NCBI GenBank assembly: GCA_010909165.1
Contig: MU008149.1
Span: 62,001 to 126,000 of the forward strand
Source of the DNA: Anthoceros angustus
Taxonomy: Eukaryota > Plantae > Anthocerotophyta
Length of the DNA stretch: 64,000 nt
Reading direction: 5' to 3'
Made by a program: the position numbers and the translations under genes. Positions 1-10,917 of this stretch are shown here, piece by piece; position 1 is the first letter of the stretch; each line of letters starts with the position of its first letter. Below the pieces are notes generated by a model. It worked only from the letters and a program-made list of their open reading frames with translations. It had not been told where the DNA came from and made no database searches.

Positions 1-1
1 T

Positions 2-1690
2 ATCATCAAATACATGACTGATGGTATGCTGCTGAGGGAGATTCTACTAGATGAGAGCCTTAGTAATTACTCGGTTATTATGCTTGATGAGGCCCATGAG
101 AGGACAATACACACAGACGTCTTATTTGGCCTTCTTAAGGGCCTGGTGAAGCGGAGACCTGCTATGCGCCTTATAGTGACATCGGCTACACTTGATGCAG
201 AGAAGTTTTCTGGATACTTCTTCAATTGCCCAATTTTCACCATACCAGGCAGGACGTTTCCTGTGGAGATTTTGTACACAAAGCAACCCGAAAGTGACTA
301 TCTGGATGCAGCGCTGATCACAGTCATGCAGATCCATCTCACTGAGCCAGAAGGGGATGTCCTCCTGTTTCTGACTGGGCAAGAGGAAATTGACACAGCT
401 TGTCAGATTCTCTATGAGCGGATGAAGGGATTGGGCCCAAGTGTGCCTGAGCTCATCATTCTTCCTGTCTATAGTGCCCTGCCTAGTGAAATGCAGACGA
501 GAATCTTTGAGCCTCCTCCGCTGGGTACTAGGAAAGTTGTGGTTGCTACAAATATTGCAGAAGCTTCACTCACAATTGATGGCATATACTATGTTGTGGA
601 TCCTGGTTTTTCCAAGCAGAATGTGTACAACCCAAAACTTGGTTTGGAGTCTCTGGTTATCACACCCATCTCACAGGCATCAGCTAGGCAGCGCGCTGGT
701 AGGGCCGGTCGAACAGGGCCTGGAAAATGCTACAGACTGTATACGGAGAGTGCTTATCGGAATGAGATGTTGCCAACGACAGTGCCAGAGATACAGAGGA
801 TCAATCTGGGTCTCACAACCCTGACCATGAAGGCCATGGGTATCAATGACCTGCTTTCATTTGATTTTATGGATCCCCCTCCACCTCAGGCTCTTATTTC
901 TGCAATGGAGCAGCTCTACAGCCTAGGTGCACTTGATGAGGAGGGATTGCTGACGAAGTTGGGAAGGAAGATGGCAGAATTTCCTTTGGACCCACCTCTG
1001 TCAAAAATGCTTCTTGCAAGCGTTGATCTTGGCTGCAGTGATGAGATTCTTACAATCATCTCCATGGTGCAAGCCCAAAACATTTTCTATCGCCCTCGCG
1101 AGAAGCAGGCCCAAGCTGACCAAAAGAGAGCAAAATTCTTCCAACCAGAGGGAGACCATCTTACACTTTTGGCTGTGTACGAGGCCTGGAAAGCAAAGAA
1201 TTTCTCAGGCCCATGGTGTTTTGAGAATTTTGTGCAGAGTCGCTCCCTGAGAAGAGCACAGGATGTCAGGAAGCAGCTTCTGGCCATAATGGACAGGTAT
1301 AAATTGGATGTGGTCAGTGCAGGTAAAAATTTCACCCGCATTAGGAAAGCAATATGTGCAGGTTTTTTTTTCCATGCAGCTCGCAAGGATCCTCAAGAAG
1401 GCTATCGCACCTTAGTTGAGAACCAGCCTGTCTACATCCATCCTAGCAGTGCTCTCTTCCAGAGGCAACCTGATTGGGTCATCTATCATGAGCTTGTCAT
1501 GACAACAAAGGAGTATATGCGGGAAGTGACTCTAGTGGACCCCAAGTGGTTGGTGGAATTGGCACCAAGGTTCTTCAAAGTGGCAGATCCAACAAAACTC
1601 AGTAAACGGAAACGGCAGGAGAGGATTGAACCTCTCTACGATCGGTACCATGAACCCAACTCTTGGCGTCTGAGCAAGAGGCGTGGATGA
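2..1690 (+). CDS. PRP22: Pre-mRNA splicing factor ATP-dependent RNA helicase PRP22/DHX8 (DEAH5-like), 3' part; gene starts upstream of the window
   Basis: The frame is open from the window edge ([13 protein letters not shown]). It has DEAH motif II (MLDEAHERT), SAT motif [21 protein letters not shown] motif VI, HA2/OB-fold regions and the PRP22-typical C-terminus [19 protein letters not shown]. No intron in this 1.7 kb. Confidence 0.96.
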   Translation: MIKYMTDGMLLREILLDESLSNYSVIMLDEAHERTIHTDVLFGLLKGLVKRRPAMRLIVTSATLDAEKFSGYFFNCPIFTIPGRTFPVEILYTKQPESDYLDAALITVMQIHLTEPEGDVLLFLTGQEEIDTACQILYERMKGLGPSVPELIILPVYSALPSEMQTRIFEPPPLGTRKVVVATNIAEASLTIDGIYYVVDPGFSKQNVYNPKLGLESLVITPISQASARQRAGRAGRTGPGKCYRLYTESAYRNEMLPTTVPEIQRINLGLTTLTMKAMGINDLLSFDFMDPPPPQALISAMEQLYSLGALDEEGLLTKLGRKMAEFPLDPPLSKMLLASVDLGCSDEILTIISMVQAQNIFYRPREKQAQADQKRAKFFQPEGDHLTLLAVYEAWKAKNFSGPWCFENFVQSRSLRRAQDVRKQLLAIMDRYKLDVVSAGKNFTRIRKAICAGFFFHAARKDPQEGYRTLVENQPVYIHPSSALFQRQPDWVIYHELVMTTKEYMREVTLVDPKWLVELAPRFFKVADPTKLSKRKRQERIEPLYDRYHEPNSWRLSKRRG

Positions 1691-2049
1691 GTAGATTCTT
1701 CAGTTCCATACAGCGTCAGCGATGGGGAGTGAGTTTATGCGCCACCGAAATTAGTTTGAGGTTCTGGGAGCAGCCCCTATTTCCCTGAACCAACTTTCAC
1801 AGCTGGAACCAGCTGTTAGCCTCATGGTACACTGTGTGAGTTGCAGAAAGTAAGTTTTGAATCCCTGTGGTTGTCCGTTCTGTTATGTGGTTAGTCTAAT
1901 GTGGTTAAGAGACGAGAACGCGGTTGTATCTTGTTGTTCAAATCATGATTGATCTTCTTGTTATTTTCATATTGATGCCATCTCAGGGTTTTTGTGCCAC
2001 AGGTACTGTTGGGTTTTGGAGACCTTTCTACTGACGGACCCATTGTTAA

Positions 2050-2450
2050 ACATCAGAATGGCAGAGGTCGATCGTCGCAGGGAATGGTCGCAAGGTGGAC
2101 CATCCCGACAATGTCATTGGGGTAAAATATGCATTAATTCTCTAGCCTCCCGCATACTCTGCTGTGTTAAAAACCGCAGTTGTGGATCCGCAATCTCATT
2201 TTATCATGTGCTCGTAGTTGACGCATTCTACACCTCTGCAAGGGATTCGGATCTGCCCACACCCCTTCTCTGTCGGCATGGAAATTGTCGACCAGTGTAT
2301 CCATTATACAAGCTATTAAGATGCAAGCCCTTGTCCTGCGTGGGCGCATTCACGAGACTCTCCTTCGATGAAAGCGGTCATGTTCTCCCAAATCACCTTC
2401 AGGGTTGGACAACTCCTGTGTGTTTACCCTCAATTGCTCTTAGCCCGGGT
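2050..2450 (-). mobile_element. Degenerate L1-type LINE fragment (post-RT region)
   Basis: Minus-strand translation gives ...FIEGESRE...WIHWSTISMPTEKGCGQIR, resembling the L1 'W..I..PK.KGGLGIR' motif. It has several stops and approximate boundaries. Confidence 0.35.
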
Positions 2451-2794
2451 GGACTCTCTAGTGGCTCCCTGAAATGATATGTTAAAGCCTAAATTCTAAA
2501 CCATTGTCGGTCCCTGTAGGTTTTATGTTGTTGGGTCGAAATCGGCTCGGGATAGTTCTGTGTTCTTTGGTCCATAATGGGCTGAGGATACCGAGGATAC
2601 GAAAGGGCACGTGCGCTTTTGCTTGGTGGTTTCACTCCCATGCCTTCTCCACCCCTACCAAAATCACAAGGTCCATTAGCAATTTCTAAAGCATGACAAA
2701 TATTGGACACTCGAGCAACCCAGCATACCCATTCTTGTCATTCTTTTCTCAATGTTGAGATAGCATTGTATCTTGCCTTCGGTTGCCAAACTTC

Positions 2795-2920
2795 ACTTCA
2801 ATTGTGACAAGCTTGGGTTCTTCACATTATACACAACTTCAATTGTGACAAGCTTGGGTTCTTCACGTTATACACAACTTCAATTGTGACAAGCTTGGGT
2901 TCTTCACATTATACACAACT
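2795..2920. repeat. Tandem repeat, 3 x 41 bp
   Basis: ACTTCAATTGTGACAAGCTTGGGTTCTTCAC(A/G)TTATACACA occurs three times head to tail with no spacers. Confidence 0.95.
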
Positions 2921-3358
2921 GGTCCCTTATACAAGACTGATGAAGTAACAAAGTCACATGCCCAAGATCTTTGATCTCCCTTGAAACAGGCTTAGGGAAT
3001 TGGAAATGGTGTTGAACACCATTTTCAATTCCACAGGTCATCGAGATCTCCATTTCCACCTCCAACATCACATTCCTTTCGAAGATCTGTACTGAGAGAT
3101 TCAAAGCCCACAGCGGCAGCATGTAATGCTAAAACCTTGCAGCACGCTTGTCAGAAGCTCCTTTACGCATAAATTAAAACCAAAGAGACTATTGTAACAG
3201 ATTTTAGCCATAAGCTTTATCCTTGAGCCACTCTAAACAGTCTGCTCACAAAGCCCGTTACCCTAATATGAGCATGTGCATTCGGCAACCCGTTTGCAAA
3301 ACATGAAGGTACAACAAATCACCCTTAACACACCACGCAGCACACAGTCATAGCCCCA

Positions 3359-3528
3359 TGTTTGGCCTCATCTAAGCCTTCTGACCCTTGCTGGTATTTA
3401 GATAGTGGAGCTACTTCCCACATTTGTTACAATAAAAATTCTTTTGAGTCTTATTCCTCAACTACAGGACACAAGTCTGTCCTCTTGGGTGATAACCACA
3501 ACCTTCCCATAGCTGGAGTAGGTCACGT
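3359..3528 (+). mobile_element. Copia protease fragment (sibling of the copy at 5403-5495)
   Basis: ASSKPSDPCWYLDSGATSHIC...VLLGDNHNLPIAGVGHV. The DNA is near-identical to 5403-5492 and is cut off by the LTR at 3529. Confidence 0.85.
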
Positions 3529-3825
3529 TGTTTTCAGATATCTTAAGAGCACCATGCATACGGGACTCATGTATAGGTATACACTTGGCATACAGAAACT
3601 TACCTTGAGCAAGCTATGATTCTCATCATGATATCAGAGCATCTTGCTCTTGATTCTTGTATATATTATTTGCTACTTGCATAGACATAAATCTCTTTAT
3701 GCATAATCTATTTTGAATTATCTAGCTACATGTATTGAGATGATGTTGCCTTCGGCAACATTCAAATTATATTTAATTGCATAAATATATGATGCACAAT
3801 TCGTGCATCCAATTTTTGCTAATTC

Positions 3826-4155
3826 ATGATGGATCGTTTAAATCCTGGTAGGCACATTCATTGGAGAGCTATCAAAGCTGCAAAGCAGAAGAAATCTTAA
3901 AAGGACCACCAAATCAAGTGCTTGAAGAAGGCAAATTCACACATTGACAAAATTGAAGAACTTTCTAAACAAGTCTATAATTTCATTGGTTCCATCTTGA
4001 TTAATTCAAATAATCAAGGACATTAAATCAAATTGGTCAAACGTAGATTACTTACGTATTTGACCACAGCTCAAGTTAAGTCTATTGAATTAGCATTACA
4101 ACATATTCCGATTTTAAGTGCTGGTCGTTCTACTCCTTGTTCTAACACCCTGTAG
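3826..4155 (+). pseudogene. Extra ORF between PBS and gag of Copia 1 (109 codons, two in-frame TAA stops)
   Basis: MMDRLNPGRHIHWRAIKAAKQKKS*...QGH*IKLVKRRLLTYLTTAQVKSIELALQHIPILSAG. Both stops are TAA, revertible to CAA. It shares a motif with the ORF at 40710-41354. Confidence 0.55.
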
Positions 4156-5690
4156 CCAATTATCACTTCAATCAGATCAGATATGAAACAACTATAATCT
4201 TTTGCTAAAGATAGATTAGGCTTACTAACAAGTGAAATCTGTGACCTTTGCAATTGTATTGACCAGTTGAATCTCCGAGTATCTGTTTCATTTTCCACAC
4301 GCGTACGACTTGGTCATGCTCTCTAGATTCACCTGCCATGGCTGGATAGGACGACGATGAGGATTAGCTTGATGAATAAATCAATCAAAACAAAGATAAG
4401 GAGAAAGAGAAGGACTCTCGAGAGTCAAAGCCAACTATATTTCAAAGCTATGGAGAACGTCAAAGAAAACGATAGATTCAATGGCAAGGACTATGACGTC
4501 TGGCGCCTTCGAATGAGAGGAGTTTTACGTAATAGAGTGTGTGGGATATTGTCAGTGGTACTGAAGAACGCCCAGTTTGGGGTATTGAAGGTAAACGTAC
4601 TAGGACACCAAGGACGAAAAGGCTCAAGACATCCTGATAAGTGGCCTCTCTCTAAATACGGTGAGGCAAATTAGCAAAGCAAACTCCTCCAAAGAAATGT
4701 GGGATCATCTTGCCCAACTGTATTCCTCTAACGATGTTATGAGTTTGATAACAGCACCTCGCAACTTCCATAATTTGAAAATGAAGGAATCAGACATCAT
4801 TGAATACCATTATAAATGTTTTCCGCTTGACAATATCTCAATTAGAAGCTGCATCCGGCAATAAACTCACTAAATTGAACTGTTTTGTTGCTCTCTTATC
4901 CTCCTTACCATCCTTCTATAGATGCTTTGTAACAACACAAAACGCTTTGTTAAGGACCGCTCAGAAAAATATGGGCAAATACGACTTCGACGGAATTGAC
5001 ATTAGTATCACCAAATTGATTGGAGCATTAATTCATGAGGACTCCAGTCGCCGACAAGATCCTCAATCCAGCAGACAACAGGTGATGTATACAGGCAGAG
5101 GTAGAGGGAGAGGTCGAAGCCGAGGCCGAGGTCGCGGTAGAGGATTCACTCTACGCTCTACCAATCCAACAAGAGAGTCTGCACCAAGTACAAATAATGC
5201 CACCCTTCTTATTACCTCTTTCACACATGCAAGAGGTAACAAGAAGGGTGGCATTATTTGTAATTGGTGCAGAATATCAAATCACATGGAAAAGGACTAC
5301 AGAAAGATTGAAGAAAAATGGGGAGCCTAGGAAAGAGGCTCCACCTGGAGTGCATGTTGTTGTCAAGAGACAATCTTCAGCAACACCATCGCTCTCACTG
5401 TATGTTTGGCCTCATCTAAGCCTTCTGACCCTTGCATGTATTTAGACAGTGTAGCTACCTCCCACATCTGTTACAACAAAAACTCTTTTGAGTTTAGTAG
5501 TACATACTCCCCAGAAAATGGTGTAGCAAAGAATAAAAATCTACGCCTTAAAGAGATCACTGGCTGCTTATTATCCCAAGCACATTTACCAAAAATTTAT
5601 TGGGTAGAAAGCTTTCCATTGATCATCTTCGATTTTTTCGATCTCCTGCTTATGTTTTCATACCTAAAGTACAATGTAAGATGTCAAATC

Positions 5691-6818
5691 CTAAGGCAGC
5701 CAAGTATACTTAGCTGCCTTAGGATCGAGGTAAGGTGCATACTGGACCTTGTGAAATCTGTCCTCCTCATCCTCATTGTCGTCCTCTTGCCGCTCTGATT
5801 CCTGAACACAAGCTGAAGCCAAGACCTCACCATCCCCCATTTGTGTTTGTCCCTTGGCGGATTTGGTTACGGGCCCTTGAGACTCCTGAACAAGATCTCC
5901 TCTGCCGCGCTTGGGTCCATCTCTCCCACCTCGTGTTGGCCTCGCCAAGCCATATGCGCCAGCACCAGAAAGTGCCAGGCGATTGCCTTGAAGTTTGTTC
6001 GCCTTAACCTGGCCACCGCGCTTAGCCCGTCCTCGATTCCCCCCCTTCCCTCCACCAGTACCTTGCAAACTACGGAATCCTCCATTTGCCCACTCATCCT
6101 TGTCACCATTGTCCTCTTGGACTTATACTTGCGTCCTAGACTTCTTCACCTTCACCCACTTACCTTTTAAGTTTTGATTTCGGCCCTAAGATCAAAGCAG
6201 CATGCTCCAAGTTCTTGTTTTTCACAACCATCACTAGGTGCGACAAAGCATTCCCTCCCAGTGTGGCCTCGACGGCTGCATCCCCGATGCAAAAAGGCTG
6301 CCGTTGCCAATGGCCTTGTCTCAATGTCCTTCTCGGTATGGCATTCTATCTTCTTGGCTTTTGGCATCTGCACCTATTCAATGGGTGCAGATTGCTAGTT
6401 GTGAAAAACAGGAGCTCTATAGCGAACAACATGAGCAAACAACAATACAGTCTCAAGAATGTAAAAGCCTCAGAGAAAGAACAATGCTCTCAGGCTGACA
6501 AACCCTTGACCTAGAACTAGCCTCTACCACGCCTGCTGAGGTGTCCTTCTTGCCTACATTATTTGTGCTCTTTGAATTGCAGTAGTGACCTAGTAGACCA
6601 GCGGCCACAAAGAGAGCCATATGCGGATAGAGTTGAAAGATGACGCGGTAGTCTCTCGCTTCGTGACGCAGTGCGCTGGCGGGGACGGAGATGAACTTGC
6701 GGGGCCCCTTCCAGTGCTTTTGCAGCCGCCTTGAGGCCCACATGTGTTTCCCGCGCATTCTCTCCAAGCAGACTCCCCGTTCTCCGCAGTACAGTATGAA
6801 CGCCTTATTTTGCTCCAT
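5691..6818 (-). pseudogene. Antisense accessory coding region in the 3' part of Copia 1, unknown function
   Basis: Consecutive minus-strand ORFs: 6818-6453 (MEQNKAFILYCGERG...), 6373-6167, and about 6160-5691 (G/R-rich, then acidic EDDNEDEED). An AT-rich stretch at 6820-6910 lies upstream. Confidence 0.45.
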
Positions 6819-6964
6819 TTTATTTTGTCTTGAATATTTACCGCATTTATAGCCTGCTCCTTGGGTTTCGATATTTGAATATTTAACCTAACTATAGTTA
6901 CAAAAAACCACAAGTTGTGAAACCCAAGGACAATTGGAAATGATCTGCTTGGAGTTCCGAATTC

Positions 6965-7123
6965 TCACTTTTATAAGCGGAAGCATACAAATGATTGTAA
7001 ATTCAACTAAAGAAAATAAACACAAAATTTTCTCATAAATGTTCATGGTGACTGTTCACCGATAACCCTAAGTTAATAAATAAATAATAACTGGTAGGTT
7101 AAACTACACTCTAATCTTTAACA
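6965..7123 (-). repeat. 3' LTR of Copia 2
   Basis: Direct repeat of 41412-41570. It begins TGTTAAAG on the minus strand and is adjacent to the PPT. Confidence 0.93.
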
Positions 7124-7423
7124 CTCCCACTTAACCTAAGCAGGTTATTAAAGAAATTACCAGTTTAATATAGGTAACTAGAGGTAGAACTATATCAAGT
7201 AGGTAGTAATAAATAGACGAAAAAACGGTTATGTACCGATGGGCATGCGGAAAGCCATGCCCATGTGGGGTTAGATGGGGAGGGGGTAGGGAGAGTGGGG
7301 AGGTGGGGAGGGTAGATGGCCACAAGGCCACACCTGTGCCCCCGCCTCACCAACCCCTTTCTCCTCTCTCCCCCTCTCTCCCTCGCCCGCTCCCCTTATC
7401 GCTTAAAAACCGGTGAACGGGCG

Positions 7424-8412
7424 ATGGAGGCTCAGCGCAAGCGACGACGGCCGAAACCATCAGCAAGGCGCGGAGGGGCAACTTACAGTAATGACAACAG
7501 TATATGTATAGTCGGGATCATGCTGATGAGTGTAGGAGGAAGAGCGCCTAGGGGAGCCTTATCTGAACATATCATAGACCTGGACACCGAGGCCAGCTCC
7601 GTGCAAGGAGGCGCCCCGAGAAATCTAGGCGCGACTTCATCTAGGCAGGGTGCTCTCCTCAATCCAGCGTTGCAGCCCGCCCAATCTGTGACAAGCCCTC
7701 ATCCTCGTGTGCGCGCTGAGGCAGAGGAGATCCCTGCGCCAAGAATTGCTGGTGTGTGCAAGGGCATGCCTGAGATGTTGCTCATCTGTTCTTCAATTAA
7801 TCTGCAGTTACAAAATTGGTGAGATTGAGCTGAAGGCGAAGATTTGAGCTTGGGCATGATCCTCTATCAGTTACCAGCTTAACATCCTCATGCTTGCCGT
7901 CCATGCCTTATTGCAGATACCAACAAGAGAGGCAATGGTTCCTTAGCTCCAACACCAACGGTTCCTCGACCTGTATGCTACCTTCCAAATTATCCTCCTA
8001 GATCACCCCCGACAATTGGACCACATACACTCTTCGTAGAGGTCCTATGCGTTTTGACCCTAGACGTGACCCATATGTGAGGTACAAGCAAAGACACTTT
8101 GAGGAGGACAGGGAGAAGATTCAAGGAGTCATAAGGAGGCGTATTGCCCGCTTAGAACAAGACATCCAGGACCTTCACACTTTGGACGATCAGTGGGAAG
8201 AGTGGGTGGTGCCACAAACACAAGAAGAATCATCTGAAGGTAAAAAAGCAAATCTGATTCCTAAAAACTACCTGATTAGTTTTTGCACTAGCTTTTAGTT
8301 TCTATCACTAAGACTAGAAGTTGTCAGTTCACGCTTAGATTATGAACATGATGCTTCATCCACTGAGCTGAGGTTTTGTGCAGAAACGATGACCAGAAAA
8401 ACTCTGTACTAA
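7424..8412 (+). CDS. Putative 3-exon antisense gene inside the Copia 2 3' region (exons about 7424-7751, 7917-8239, 8384-8412; one frameshift near 8045)
   Basis: MEAQRKRRRPKP... with G|GTGTG...TTGCAG| and GAAG|GTAAAA...TTTTGTGCAG| phase-1 introns that keep the frame. It has a Pro-rich middle and a coiled-coil-like EEDREKIQGVIRRRIARLEQDIQDL, and ends ETMTRKTLY*. Confidence 0.5.
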
Positions 8413-8616
8413 CCATAGGTGCCTTAAAATGTGTTAACAGACTCAGGAGAAGGCAGCTAGCAGGCTAAGAAGTTAACGGCTAGTATGTCTTCAGTCTGAA
8501 ATCTATAAACTAAGAGGCCACACTGATGGCTGTAGTACCAGGCTGCTAGTTAAAAATGGAACTCCCTAAGGCCTAGTGCCTCTAGGTACGTAAAATGCTT
8601 AATCTTAGGAAGAGCC

Positions 8617-10271
8617 TTAGTTAAAATATCGACTCATGGAGCACCCGACGAGCTTTTCCTCCACTCTGGGGAATATAAGTCGAGCCTCATCCAGGTGAAA
8701 GCGTTTTAGAATCTCTTTGATATATTTGGTTTGATGGAGGATAATATGACCAGCAGCTCTATGGCGCAAAATCTGTATGCCCAAACAGAACTGAAGATCA
8801 CCTTGATCCGTTATCTTAAATTCGGCACGAAGCATAGTCTTCACCTTCTCAAGTTGGACAGTACTTCTGCTAAGAAGCACACAGTCTTCCACATACAAAG
8901 CCAGAATCACAAAGGGACTACCCTGGAGGAGGTAAAAAACATTGCTATCTGCTGGGGATTGGAGAAATCCTAACTTTTTAAGATATTTTACAATGTTTTT
9001 AACGCTTATACCAGGCCCTGGGGCTCTGCTTTAAGCCGTATAGTCTCTTGAGAAGCTTACACACTTTCTTAGCAAATTTTCTGTTGATAAAGCCCTATGG
9101 CTGCTACATGTACAGAACCTCCTCTAACTCTACATGCAGGAAAGCTGTACAAACATCCATCTGATGGACTTCAAGGTCATATTAGTGACCATGGCTAGCG
9201 ACATGTCTGAACCTCCTCTAACTCTACATGCAGGAAAGCTGTACAAACATCCATCTGATGGACTTCAAGGTCATATTCAGCAGCCATGGCTAGCAGCATA
9301 CGTACAGACGAGGGCTTAACTACTGGAGAAAAAGTATCCCCATAGTCTATGCCAGGTATTTGACTAAACCCCCTAGCAACTAGCCTTGATTTGTATCTGG
9401 CCACAGTCCCATCAGCCTTCAGCTTAGTCTTAAACACCCATTTATAGCTGATTGGCTTTCTTCCAAGTGGAAGGTCAACTAGCTCCCAGGTGTGATTCTT
9501 CAGGAGAGAGTTGTACTCATCGTCAATAGAAGCCCGCCAATGGTGTCCATTTCGTCCATTTATAACTTCACCATAGGACTGAGAATCAGGCCTAACATTA
9601 GGTACATGTCGACTGGGGCATGGTGAATCTGAAATCAGCGATTGGTGGGTGGCTCAACCCTTGTTCACGGGCGGCGTACATGGGATACCTTGGCACAGGC
9701 TCCTCATGGCGTGGTGAAGGGAGTCCATCACCAGCAAATGAAAAATCTGGAAAATCCCCAACATTGTCATGGTCAGAATCAGCTGGTGGCTCCACACGGT
9801 GAGCCATGTCTTCCTGTATGTCCATCAAGTCTGGATTGTCCTTATCTCCTTGCTGAGAACTCGCTGCAGACTCTAATCTTCCAGATTCACCATCAGAAGG
9901 TGGATACTCGGCAAGATCGAGGTCGGTATGGTAGCGTCCGCCTACACTTGATATCTCATTGACAAGCCAGACCAAGAAAGCATGCTTCTAGTCATCCCCA
10001 TCAAGGTCTGATTTTCCTCTCAGCCACTCCATTTTGCTGAGGTGTGTTGGGAACTTTGAGTTGCCCACTAATCCCAGTTTGTTGAAATAGATCGTCGTAT
10101 TTATGCCCTAGAAATTCCCCTCCATTATCAGTCCTAAGACATTTGACCAGCTTGCCTGTTTGTCGTTGGACCAGGGGAATCCAAGCAGTAATCTTATCAA
10201 AAGCTTTACTTTTCGACCTCAAAGGGAAAGTCCAGGTGCATCAAAAGAAGTCATCTGTAAGGGTCAGATAA
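8617..10271 (-). pseudogene. Copia 2 integrase core and reverse transcriptase (degenerate; RNase H missing)
   Basis: Integrase motifs LTLTDDF, KCLRTDNGGEF and PQQNGVAER. RT motifs RYKSRLVARGFSQIPGIDY, HQMDVCTAFL, LYGLKQSPRAW and LALYVED. A direct duplication of about 90 bp lies at 9116-9292. Confidence 0.9.
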
Positions 10272-10668
10272 CCCTACTAGAAAGAGCAGCCTATTTTACA
10301 GTCATTGTTGCAATTTTATGTTACACTTCCATATTGCAACATCCTTTGGAGGCTTGGTATAAAGTTGGTCACTTTCTTTCCCATGTGGTGCCACCATCTT
10401 AACACGAACCTGGCTCTCTCTCCTACCACCTCACCTTCATAATTACACCCCCTCTGTCACAAGCATTGTTTATGATTTCCCACATGCAATTCCAACATGA
10501 TTGTAATAAGGAGCCCCCTCTCTCTCCCCTATCATCCTCCCCTCTTTATTACACCCCCTTTGGAGAACTATTTGTTTATGTTTCACCTTGCCCTCTTCAT
10601 TACACCCTCTCTTGAAACAATTTGTTTATGTCGCCCACACCAAAACATCATTGTAACATGGACTAGCG

Positions 10669-10917
10669 ACTCTCACATTTTTCACCCACCTCATAACTTC
10701 ACCATTGCTTTATCAATGTTTTTACTTGACCATAGCTATTCATGGGTTGAAGACTATTTTTTTTTGTTTCAACAAGTCCTACAATGATAATAGACTCTCA
10801 CATTTTTCACCCACCTCATAACTTCACCATTGCTTTATCAATGTTTTTACTTGACCATAGCTATTCATGCGTTGAAGACTATTTTTTTTTGTTTCAACAA
10901 GTCCTACAGTGATAATA
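10669..10917. repeat. Tandem duplication, 2 x about 125 bp, within element A
   Basis: GACTCTCACATTTTTCACCCACC...CAAGTCCTACA(A/G)TGATAATA occurs twice. Confidence 0.9.

Larger units (their letters stand above)
3529..6915 (+). mobile_element. Ty1/Copia LTR retrotransposon 1, internally deleted, 3' LTR not found
   Basis: Putative 100-bp LTR TG...CA at 3529-3628, followed directly by a tRNA-iMet-like PBS TGATATCAGAGC (3629-3640). Frameshifted gag from 4450 (ENDRFNGKDYDVWRLRM; zinc-knuckle remnant CNWCRISNHMEKD). Protease YLDSVATSHIC at about 5440 and integrase remnant YSPENGVAKNKN at about 5510. The right boundary is approximate. Confidence 0.8.

Noticed and set aside
2795-2920. 41-bp repeats as a CRISPR array
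   Set aside because: The units are contiguous with no unique spacers, there are no cas genes, and the context is eukaryotic.
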